A DNA stretch of 22,879 nt from IMG/VR virus record IMGVR_UViG_2695420699_000018, positions 1-22,879 of that record; one strand, written 5' to 3'. Of the stretch, positions 1 to 6,772 are shown one piece after another. The position numbers were made by a program, and so were the translations under genes. Origin of the DNA: a virus (taxonomy: Duplodnaviria; Heunggongvirae; Uroviricota; Caudoviricetes). Position 1 is the first letter of the stretch, and each line of letters begins with the position of its first letter. The notes under the pieces were generated by a model that had not been told where the DNA came from, did not search any database, and saw nothing but the letters and a program-made list of their open reading frames with translations.

Positions 1-411
1 GAGTCCGAGCATTGCCCCCGTGCTGCTCATCTCGGACTCCTGTTCTTTCTTGGCGGTCAGCTCCGGATTTTTGACCATGCCACCCATTGCACCGGTGATG
101 GTGTTGCCCTGTCTGGCAATATTTTTCACGGCACGTCGCCAGAACTCATAGGCCACGCACCACCGCTCAAGTACCGCCAGGTCAGTCACGCACAGCAGGC
201 CCTGACCGCAGAGTTCTTTGGTTGTCAGTTGCCACATGATCGTGGCGAGAGGGAGATCTTCTTCAGCGAACCACTCCGGTGGCTCAACACCTTTGATGGG
301 CGTAAAAACAGGTTCATCTTTATTCAGGGCTCGCTTGCCGGGGTTTCCGGCCAGCGCCTTGCGCGCCGTTGGCTTGGGGCGACGCCCGGAACGCCCCGCC
401 GTTCCAGCCAT
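1..411 (-). CDS. Phage terminase small subunit (P27-like), copy 1, 3' end runs off the window
   Basis: DNA at 1..480 is near-identical to 2741..3220, which encodes the N-terminal part of the 2657..3151 TerS ORF. ATG (revcomp) at 409..411 preceded by AGGAG. Partial because the window starts inside the gene. Confidence 0.6.
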   Translation of the reverse strand, partial: MAGTAGRSGRRPKPTARKALAGNPGKRALNKDEPVFTPIKGVEPPEWFAEEDLPLATIMWQLTTKELCGQGLLCVTDLAVLERWCVAYEFWRRAVKNIARQGNTITGAMGGMVKNPELTAKKEQESEMSSTGAMLGL

Positions 412-480
412 ATGCGGCACTCCTGGTTAAATTTCATTTTTCGCGGGTATAAAAAAACGATGGGGCGGGCAGTCCGGAAG
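1..480. repeat. Direct repeat copy A (about 480 bp, a handful of mismatches) of the TerS 5' region; partner at 2741..3220
   Basis: Read directly: 1..480 aligns base-for-base with 2741..3220 with scattered substitutions (e.g. atg/ctg near 78/2818, cagcg/ctgcg near 254/2994). Similarity decays beyond 480/3220. Confidence 0.85.
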
Positions 481-536
481 ACGTCAGGCCGCAGGGATTT
501 GACCCGCCCCTCCCCTCAGGCAGTTGAGAATTATTA

Positions 537-887
537 TCACTTCAACCGTTCACGGGCCGTCTTCGCCTTATGACACGGCCAGCACAGACTCTGCAGATTA
601 CAGTCGGCATCAGTGCCGCCATGCGCTTTAGGGATGATGTGGTCAACGGTTTTCGCCTCGCGCACCACACCAGCACGCAGGCACAACTGGCACAGGCCTT
701 TGTCACGCTTGAGCACACGTTCACGGATAACATCCCATTTCGAACCATAACCGCGCTGGTGTCGGGACTGGCCTGGCTTGTATTGCTTCCAGCCTTCGCT
801 TTTGTGGCTTTCGCAATAGCCTGACGAGTCAGTGGTGGTATGGCGGCAGCCGCGAACGCGGCAGGCTTTTGGGGTTCGTGGGGGCAT
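537..887 (-). CDS. HNH endonuclease (phage-associated), copy 1
   Basis: Track ORF 537..950; preferred start is the internal Met (MPPRTPKACRVRGC...) at 887 with AAGAGGA SD. HNH signature VDHIIPKAHGGTD...NLQSLCWPCHKAKT and Cys-rich N-terminus. About 65 percent identical to the 3278..3628 protein. Confidence 0.8.
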   Translation of the reverse strand: MPPRTPKACRVRGCRHTTTDSSGYCESHKSEGWKQYKPGQSRHQRGYGSKWDVIRERVLKRDKGLCQLCLRAGVVREAKTVDHIIPKAHGGTDADCNLQSLCWPCHKAKTARERLK

Positions 888-1037
888 TGCATAATCCTCT
901 TGGATGGTTCGCGTACGATACGTGGCACCCTTCTCAGAATCGAATCGCACTCCATTCCGGTTTTGCCATAAACGATCTTTTATGCTTCGCTGGATGTAGT
1001 TGATAGTTGTTGAAACTCAATGAACAGGAGTTCACAA

Positions 1038-1373
1038 ATGAATAGTTATGAATGGGCATGGCTTTTGAACAAAGATGACACCCTATACTTTTTCCCCGTA
1101 GGCCATTCTGTAGAAGGTAATTACAAAATTCACTTTGAGTTGAGCGGTAGTTGTAACCTTAGAGTCTCAGATGCTGAATTGCATGGTAAACCTGTACTGC
1201 TGTTCGAATACTTCGATGAAGATGATGACCGCCCTGCAATAATCGAAATATTAGAAACAACCACTACAACTGTGGAGGCGATGATCGCACATCTGAATAG
1301 TATCGATAGTATTTACCATGAACCGATTTACAAAGCTGTTTACGAGTGGGCTGTAAAGTTTTTCTATCGATGA
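1038..1373 (+). CDS. Hypothetical small acidic protein (AT-rich cargo ORF)
   Basis: Track ORF 1020..1373; ATG at 1038 has AGGAG 8 nt upstream. Acidic (FEYFDEDDDRPAIIEILETTTTT), AT-rich, opposite strand to the phage late genes. No family recognised. Confidence 0.4.
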   Translation: MNSYEWAWLLNKDDTLYFFPVGHSVEGNYKIHFELSGSCNLRVSDAELHGKPVLLFEYFDEDDDRPAIIEILETTTTTVEAMIAHLNSIDSIYHEPIYKAVYEWAVKFFYR

Positions 1374-1652
1374 TACTTCGTTATCTTTCTGGCATTCACA
1401 ATACCTTTACATATTAATGACATGCCAGCACAATACTGTCACTTACAACCGTTCGGATTACCTAGAGAAAAGTATGATTCAGGATTTACTGATCGAAGCA
1501 ATTAGTCACGATAGGATGCATAAAAAGTTAAATGAACTGAATGGCTACTTCTACAATCGCAAACATGAAACACAAATACGTGATGAGTGATCTTACCCAG
1601 CAATAGTGGACACGCGGCTAAGTGAGTAAACTCTCAGTCAGAGGTGACTCAC

Positions 1653-1952
1653 ATGACAAAAACAGTATCAACCAGTAAAAAACCCCGTAAACAGCATTCG
1701 CCTGAATTTCGCAGTGAAGCCCTGAAGCTTGCTGAACGCATCGGTGTTACTGCCGCAGCCCGTGAACTCAGCCTGTATGAATCACAGCTCTACAACTGGC
1801 GCAGTAAACAGCAAAATCAGCAGACGTCTTCTGAACGTGAACTGGAGATGTCTACCGAGATTGCACGTCTCAAACGCCAGCTGGCAGAACGGGATGAAGA
1901 GCTGGCTATCCTCCAAAAGGCCGCGACATACTTCGCGAAGCGCCTGAAATGA
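1653..1952 (+). CDS. insE: IS3 transposase OrfA (HTH)
   Basis: [53 protein letters not shown]... recognised as IS3 OrfA. The track ORF begins at an upstream GTG (1644); the ATG is at 1653. Confidence 0.85.
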   Translation: MTKTVSTSKKPRKQHSPEFRSEALKLAERIGVTAAARELSLYESQLYNWRSKQQNQQTSSERELEMSTEIARLKRQLAERDEELAILQKAATYFAKRLK

Positions 1953-2597
1953 AGTATGTCTTTATTGAAAAACATCAGGCTGAGTTCAGCATCAAAGCAA
2001 TGTGCCGCGTGCTCCGGGTGGCCCGCAGCGGCTGGTATACGTGGTGTCAGCGGCGGACAAGGATAAGCACGCGTCAGCAGTTCCGCCAACACTGCGACAG
2101 CGTTGTCCTCGCGGCTTTTACCCGGTCAAAACAGCGTTACGGTGCCCCACGCCTGACGGATGAACTGCGTGCTCAGGGTTACCCCTTTAACGTAAAAACC
2201 GTGGCGGCAAGCCTGCGCCGTCAGGGACTGAGGGCAAAGGCCTCCCGGAAGTTCAGCCCGGTCAGCTACCGCGCACACGGCCTGCCTGTGTCAGAAAATC
2301 TGTTGGAGCAGGATTTTTACGCCAGTGGCCCGAACCAGAAGTGGGCAGGAGACATCACGTACTTACGTACAGATGAAGGCTGGCTGTATCTGGCAGTGGT
2401 CATTGACCTGTGGTCACGTGCCGTTATTGGCTGGTCAATGTCGCCACGCATGACGGCGCAACTGGCCTGCGATGCCCTGCAGATGGCGCTGTGGCGGCGT
2501 AAGAGGCCCCGGAACGTTATCGTTCACACGGACCGTGGAGGCCAGTACTGTTCAGCAGATTATCAGGCGCAACTGAAGCGGCATAATCTGCGTGGAA
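1949..2597 (+). pseudogene. insF: IS3 transposase OrfB (DDE), C-terminally truncated
   Basis: Track ORF 1949..2662 carries the IS3 OrfB integrase-core sequence (…[37 protein letters not shown]…[24 protein letters not shown]) then unrelated residues from about 2598. The C-terminal third of OrfB is absent. Confidence 0.8.
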
Positions 2598-2656
2598 ACG
2601 CACGACATCACGGGCATACTGATTGGCAGCATTTACGTTGGGGTAAGATTTCCGGC

Positions 2657-3151
2657 TCATGATTCGATGATTTTCAGAAACGGGTTAGTGGCTTTCTTCT
2701 GCCCCGCCAGGCCTATCAGACGCTGGCGGCTGCTGGGGTCGAGTCCGAGCATTGCCCCCGTGCTGCTCATCTCGGACTCCTGTTCTTTCTTGGCGGTCAG
2801 CTCCGGGTTTTTGACCCTGCCGCCCATTGCACCGGTGATGGTGTTGCCCTGGCTGGCAATATTTTTCACGGCACGTCGCCAGAACTCATAGGCCACGCAC
2901 CACCGCTCAAGTACCGCCAGGTCAGTCACGCACAGCAGGCCCTGACCGCAGAGTTCTTTGGTTGTCAGTTGCCACATGATCGTGGCGAGAGGGAGATCTT
3001 CTTCTGCGAACCACTCCGGTGGCTCAACACCTTTGATGGGCGTAAAAACAGGTTCATCTTTGTTCAGGGCTCGCTTGCCGGGGTTTCCGGCCAGCGCCTT
3101 GCGCGCCGTTGGCTTGGGGCGACGCCCGGAACGCCCCGCCGTTCCAGCCAT
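2657..3151 (-). CDS. Phage terminase small subunit (P27-like), copy 2
   Basis: Track ORF 2657..3160 (GTG); preferred ATG at 3151 ([25 protein letters not shown]…) with AGGAG SD. Sits immediately downstream of an HNH endonuclease, the usual HNH-TerS arrangement. The 3' end abuts the truncated IS3 rather than a large terminase gene. Confidence 0.65.
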
Positions 3152-3220
3152 ATGCGGCACTCCTGGTTAAATTTCATTTTTCGCGGGTATAAAAAAACGA
3201 TGGGGCGGGCGGTCCGGAAG
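2741..3220. repeat. Direct repeat copy B of the TerS 5' region (partner at 1..480)
   Basis: See copy A; read directly from the sequence. Confidence 0.85.
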
Positions 3221-3277
3221 GCGCGCGGTCGCAGAGATTTGACCTCCCCCTCCCCAGGCTGATGATGACATTAATTC

Positions 3278-3628
3278 TCACTTGAGCCGCTCGCGCGCGG
3301 TCTTCGCTGCGTGACACGACCGGCACAGGCTCTCAAGGTTGCTGTCTTCATCAGTACCGCCGTGGGCCTTCGCCTTGATGTGGTCAACGGTTGTGGCTGC
3401 GACAGCACGTCCAGTACGCAGGCAGTTCTGACACAGATGATTATCACGCTTCAGGATGCGGGCGCGTTTGATATCCCACTTGCTGCCGTAGCCACGCTCA
3501 TGGCGACTCTTACCCTGCTGATGCTGCTGCCAGCCCTCATTGCGATGCTGCTCACAGTAGCCTGAACGGTCCGTAGTCGTGCCAGGACAACCACGTTTGC
3601 GACATGCGCGGGGTATTAAAGTTGGCAT
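3278..3628 (-). CDS. HNH endonuclease (phage-associated), copy 2
   Basis: MPTLIPRACRKRGCPGTTTDRSGYCEQH… with HNH motif VDHIKAKAHGGTDEDSNLESLCRSCHAAKT. Homologous to but clearly diverged from the 537..887 copy. Confidence 0.85.
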   Translation of the reverse strand: MPTLIPRACRKRGCPGTTTDRSGYCEQHRNEGWQQHQQGKSRHERGYGSKWDIKRARILKRDNHLCQNCLRTGRAVAATTVDHIKAKAHGGTDEDSNLESLCRSCHAAKTARERLK

Positions 3629-3639
3629 ACATGCTCCGC

Positions 3640-3669
3640 AAAAACACCAGCCAAAGCTGGTGTTTTTTT
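3640..3669. terminator. Bidirectional intrinsic terminator
   Basis: AAAAACACCAGC-caaa-GCTGGTGTTTTTTT: perfect 8-bp GC-rich stem with a 4-nt loop, flanked by an A-run and a T-run, so it terminates in both orientations. Lies between the 187-aa gene and HNH copy 2. Confidence 0.75.
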
Positions 3670-3730
3670 ATTCTTATGTAACTCTAAAATTTAGAGATAA
3701 CATGTAGGAATGATTTGATAATTTGTAAGA

Positions 3731-4294
3731 CTACCCAAATCGAATAGCGCCACCCAACATTTCATTTTTGATTTTTGCCCTCGAATTTATCCTCTGGCAT
3801 ACATCATTATTATCCTTCATCCGCTCAACCCACTTAACTACCGCATCGCAGATATCATTAGATAAATTAATAACACTTAACTGAAGCACACCGTTAAACA
3901 TATTCATGTGCGCAGAAGAGTGCGTAAGTTGAATTTTTTGTAACTTAGTACTATCAGATGCCTCATGCAAAAATGCATTTCTTAAAGCCCAGTAGCTTTC
4001 ATGGTCAAAGCTTACCAATGGTTTTTTTGTTTTTAAATCATCGATTAAGTATTGAGGCATTTTATCTAATTGCTCGGGAAAGTTAGCCAAAAACGTCTCA
4101 TAAAGATTATCTGCAAAATATTTATCCTTAAGGTTATCCTTAAACCATCTTTTTGCTCTTGGCCCGTTCCGCTCTTCAGGAGTTTCAAGTTTCCCACATA
4201 TATCAGGAAGAGATAAGGCAATAAACAATGCAGCCTCATAATTTTCATCTAATAAAGATTTTCTTACTGACTCAACAAATTCAAGCATTTGCAT
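3731..4294 (-). CDS. Hypothetical 187-aa protein, AT-rich singleton (moron); possible HEPN-like R-x4-H motif
   Basis: Clean ORF with GGGGGAG SD before the ATG. GC content drops sharply relative to flanks. Contains LRNAFLHE (R-x4-H) in the central region. Bounded by the terminator at 3640..3669 and an 8-bp-arm hairpin at 4358..4375. Family not recognised. Confidence 0.6.
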   Translation of the reverse strand: MQMLEFVESVRKSLLDENYEAALFIALSLPDICGKLETPEERNGPRAKRWFKDNLKDKYFADNLYETFLANFPEQLDKMPQYLIDDLKTKKPLVSFDHESYWALRNAFLHEASDSTKLQKIQLTHSSAHMNMFNGVLQLSVINLSNDICDAVVKWVERMKDNNDVCQRINSRAKIKNEMLGGAIRFG

Positions 4295-4368
4295 TTACTC
4301 CCCCAGTTAATTAACTAGGGAAGAATATCATAAGCACATAATTAAAACCTGCTGTAGCTCCTAATTCA

Positions 4369-4599
4369 TTAGGAGAAGGAGATACCCAAATCAACCAGCA
4401 CAGCTTTCTTTTTCTCTATGCGGTGATCAAGCTCAGCAACAGCATGCGGGCGTATGGCCTCAAGAAAGGCATCGTCTTGATAGGTAGACTGGATTGTCAC
4501 ACCAAGCCCAGCACCACTTTCCAGTATGGTTTTCTGTCGCTGTAGCTCTTTCATCTCGTTATAGATGTAATGCGCGTTACTTAGGTTCTCTACGTTCAC
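4369..4599 (-). CDS. Hypothetical 76-aa protein downstream of the lysis cassette
   Basis: Track ORF; overlaps the 3' end of the o-spanin-like ORF by 23 nt in another frame. No recognised motif. Confidence 0.3.
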   Translation of the reverse strand: MNVENLSNAHYIYNEMKELQRQKTILESGAGLGVTIQSTYQDDAFLEAIRPHAVAELDHRIEKKKAVLVDLGISFS

Positions 4600-4819
4600 G
4601 ACCTGGATCCTTCATGCAGTTAGCCTGCGCTGATTTGTTGTGCGCCAATATGTCCCGCTTCGTCTGTTTATCCAGCACGGCAATATCGTGCTCAGTAAGG
4701 TAGATGATGCTTACCCAGTCACAGGCCGTGTCCGTTACTTCAGGTTTTGCGGGTAAATTTTTCGCGCAACTCACGGTCAACATCGTCATCAGGAAGATGG
4801 TTAACAGTCTGCTGTACAT
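4577..4819 (-). CDS. Putative o-spanin-like small secreted/lipoprotein-like protein
   Basis: N-terminal hydrophobic signal-like segment ending …LTVSC (non-canonical lipobox). The 5' end is embedded in the 3' end of the upstream TM-protein gene (overlap 4740..4819), the overlapped spanin architecture. Sits directly after the endolysin. Confidence 0.4.
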   Translation of the reverse strand: MYSRLLTIFLMTMLTVSCAKNLPAKPEVTDTACDWVSIIYLTEHDIAVLDKQTKRDILAHNKSAQANCMKDPGRERREPK

Positions 4820-5009
4820 CCCTGGCTCCTTTTGTTGTTTCTACCCGGCGTTCTGCAACGGCTTCAGTAGCTGCTGCGCGTTCTTCAGTGCGTTGCTGGT
4901 TCGCTTGTGTTTCTGCGATGCTTGTACCGCGTGATTTACCCAGACCAAAAGCACCTGCAATTGCAGCCAGCACAGCAACAGCTAGGCCGATAATCATTTC
5001 AAGTCCCAT
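4740..5009 (-). CDS. Putative i-spanin-like protein (N-terminal TM helix, charged periplasmic domain)
   Basis: Track ORF 4740..5171 overlaps the endolysin; the Met at 5009 (MGLEMIIGLAVAVLAAIAGAF…) has a GAGG SD and begins 8 nt after the endolysin stop. Single N-terminal TM helix followed by a charged, E/R/A/T-rich domain. Confidence 0.4.
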   Translation of the reverse strand: MGLEMIIGLAVAVLAAIAGAFGLGKSRGTSIAETQANQQRTEERAAATEAVAERRVETTKGARDVQQTVNHLPDDDVDRELREKFTRKT

Positions 5010-5016
5010 TGCGACC

Positions 5017-5631
5017 TCATACCAGTGCGGTTTTTGCTTTGGCATAACGTTCACGGCGGTCTTTAATGCCGTTCTGCCCGCCGTTAATAATCTGCGTGAC
5101 GCGCTCAACATCCCCCGAATATAGAAGGCAACCACGTAACGTGAAGTACCATGCCGCCGAACGGGCCGCATGTCGCTCTTGCGTCAAAAGTTCTGGCGTA
5201 CTGATCAGATCAAGGTTCAGCGCTGTACCGCATTTGGTGTAGTTCTCACGACCAGTGATTTGTAGCAGGCCACGACCGCGATATTTCCAGCCATCACCCT
5301 GACTGTTATTCCCCATGCGGTCACCATAAACCAGATTGGCTATTTGTGGCTGGTGAGCGACCTGTTTACCATCGACACGCCCCAGCATTTCGCACTGATA
5401 CGGCGTCAGGCGCTTACCAAAGGTTTTCTTCAGCCCTTCAACCGAGTAGTTAAAATTCTCTACCAGCGAGGTAAAGCCATTGGATTCATGCCCAACTTGT
5501 GCAATGAACATGGCCTGATCATTAATCGCTGTAATTCCAAACTCTTTCATTGCCGCATCAATGTGCGGAAACCAGCGCGCAGAAAGCCCGGCGCTGATAC
5601 CAGCCGCCTGCTGAAATTGTGATTGGTTCAT
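5017..5631 (-). CDS. Endolysin, glycoside hydrolase family 19 (chitinase class I-like lysozyme)
   Basis: GH19-type signature YRGRGLLQITGRENY and FIAQVGHESNGF. Lies between holin-like membrane proteins and spanin-like genes. Confidence 0.8.
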   Translation of the reverse strand: MNQSQFQQAAGISAGLSARWFPHIDAAMKEFGITAINDQAMFIAQVGHESNGFTSLVENFNYSVEGLKKTFGKRLTPYQCEMLGRVDGKQVAHQPQIANLVYGDRMGNNSQGDGWKYRGRGLLQITGRENYTKCGTALNLDLISTPELLTQERHAARSAAWYFTLRGCLLYSGDVERVTQIINGGQNGIKDRRERYAKAKTALV

Positions 5632-5912
5632 TATTGCCTCAGATGATCAACCAGACGTGCAACGTTGCCTCTGACGGACACCAGCACGGAAAGAAAAATA
5701 GTATTAGCCACGATAATGGGCCATGAGGAATGGGGATAAATCCCACAGAGATAGGCCAACGGAACAGCACTGTATGTAACAGTAATCAGCCAGGCTAAAC
5801 GTGAAACCCAAGGACGATGCCGCGAATCACCACGACGATAAAACATCAGAGTAATAACAACACAAGCACATAACAGCGCATTTATAGTTGCTGTCGGGTC
5901 ATTTAGCTCCAC
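5631..5912 (-). CDS. Small multi-TM membrane protein, putative holin/antiholin
   Basis: 93 aa with about three hydrophobic helices (ALLCACVVITLMFY, LAWLITVTYSAVPLAYLCGIY, IIVANTIFLSVLV). Directly upstream of the endolysin; its stop overlaps the endolysin start. Confidence 0.5.
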   Translation of the reverse strand: MELNDPTATINALLCACVVITLMFYRRGDSRHRPWVSRLAWLITVTYSAVPLAYLCGIYPHSSWPIIVANTIFLSVLVSVRGNVARLVDHLRQ

Positions 5913-6285
5913 CTGAACCTCCCCGGCGCGTTATGAGCACCACCAGCGAGCCGATATCCTGATTATTCAGGAACGTCAGGATTTTAACGGCTAAAGCAGA
6001 GACGATTACGGCACCAATAGCATCCAGAGGTTTATCACTGTATCCGGTCAAGTTCGCCAGCTTGGAGCCAACCAACCCAGAGCAAAGGATCCCGGCAATA
6101 TATGACACGATAAAATATGCCAGTCGGCGCGATGCACTCAGATCTGCTGCTGTTGCTATGTAGAATACAGCCCCTGCAAATGCGCCAAATACAACGCCGT
6201 AATCAGTTCCGGTCAGCAGTCCATAAACACTGGCACCCGTCAGGGCACCACCAGCCAGCCCAGTACCGGAAATCGGATCGGACAT
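5899..6285 (-). CDS. Putative holin (glycine/alanine-rich membrane protein)
   Basis: 128 aa with G/A-rich TM segments (VVFGAFAGAVFYIATAA, AYFIVSYIAGILCSGLVG, AIGAVIVSALAVKIL). First membrane gene of the lysis cassette; 14-nt overlap with the next gene. Confidence 0.5.
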   Translation of the reverse strand: MSDPISGTGLAGGALTGASVYGLLTGTDYGVVFGAFAGAVFYIATAADLSASRRLAYFIVSYIAGILCSGLVGSKLANLTGYSDKPLDAIGAVIVSALAVKILTFLNNQDIGSLVVLITRRGGSGGAK

Positions 6286-6364
6286 TTAGCCCCCTCTTAA
6301 TTGCTGTTGGTCCTCTCAGATATGAGGGGAAGGGATCTTAATGACAGTCTGTTTATTATTTCAG

Positions 6365-6622
6365 TCAAACACTACCCTGTTGATGATTTCTCAGAAGCGA
6401 ACTTGACTCCCAGGGGAAACTCAACTTTCCGTTAAAACCACCAGCAGACATTCGTTCAATTTCCACAGAAATATCACTGAGCCGTTCTTCAAGCTCTGCT
6501 TTTTCTTTTACCAGACGGTTATAGCGGCTTAGATGAAGCTTTTGCTGCTCCAGCCAGTCTTCAAGCTGTTCAACAGTCATACAAGGGTTAAAAAAATATG
6601 GCTGCTGCTTTTCGCCCTGCAT
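6365..6622 (-). CDS. Hypothetical 85-aa coiled-coil-like protein in the slot between the late terminator and the lysis genes
   Basis: Track ORF 6365..6691; preferred start is the Met at 6622 (MQGEKQQPYFF…) with GGAGG 6 nt upstream. The tR'-like terminator lies just upstream of that start. Confidence 0.45.
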   Translation of the reverse strand: MQGEKQQPYFFNPCMTVEQLEDWLEQQKLHLSRYNRLVKEKAELEERLSDISVEIERMSAGGFNGKLSFPWESSSLLRNHQQGSV

Positions 6623-6640
6623 TATTGACCTCCAGAAAAG

Positions 6641-6666
6641 CAAAAACCCCGCCGAAGCGAGGTTTG
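6641..6666 (-). terminator. Intrinsic terminator, tR'-like (late-operon terminator downstream of Q)
   Basis: Minus strand reads CCTCGC-TTCG-GCGGGG-TTTTT: 6-bp stem with one G-U pair, tetraloop, T-run. About 110 nt downstream of the Q stop and just upstream of the first late ORF. Confidence 0.55.
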
Positions 6667-6772
6667 TTATGATTTCGTTAACGGCAGACATACAAAGCCC
6701 ATCGTTAGGAGAATCCTAACCATATTTTTTGAAAAATGCAAGCATCATGTCGCCATCTTCGGCGAAAATCAT

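Larger units (their letters stand above)
1588..2597 (+). mobile_element. IS3 insertion sequence, 3'-truncated (about 1010 of about 1258 bp)
   Basis: Left terminal repeat TGATCTTACCCAGCAATAGTGGACACGCGG starts at 1588; orfA and orfB match IS3 transposase as I recall it. Match stops after CTGCGTGGAA (about 2597), where OrfB departs from IS3 (…[10 protein letters not shown]… instead of …LRGSMSAKG…); no right terminal repeat. Confidence 0.85.

Noticed and set aside
218-573. Plus-strand ORFs 218..430 and 229..573 (and their duplicates 2958..3170 and 2969..3262)
   Set aside because: They lie antisense to the TerS genes, have no SD, are duplicated only because the underlying DNA is duplicated, and are junk-like in composition (R/G/P-rich).
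542-955. Alternative minus-strand frame 542..955 and plus-strand ORFs 570..824 and 3311..3565
   Set aside because: Overlap the HNH endonuclease genes in other frames or antisense; the HNH frame carries the recognisable motifs.
1729-2891. ORFs 1729..1947, 1817..2092 and 2592..2891 within or next to the IS3 remnant
   Set aside because: Alternative frames inside IS3 transposase genes or spanning the IS3 to TerS junction; no independent support.
4740-5171. Full-length 143-aa minus ORF overlapping the endolysin 3' end, and plus-strand ORFs 4494..4703, 4704..4934, 4747..5124 and 5344..5622
   Set aside because: The N-terminal part of the 143-aa ORF overlaps the endolysin in another frame; an internal start at 5009 with an SD is more plausible. 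The plus-strand ORFs are antisense to lysis genes.
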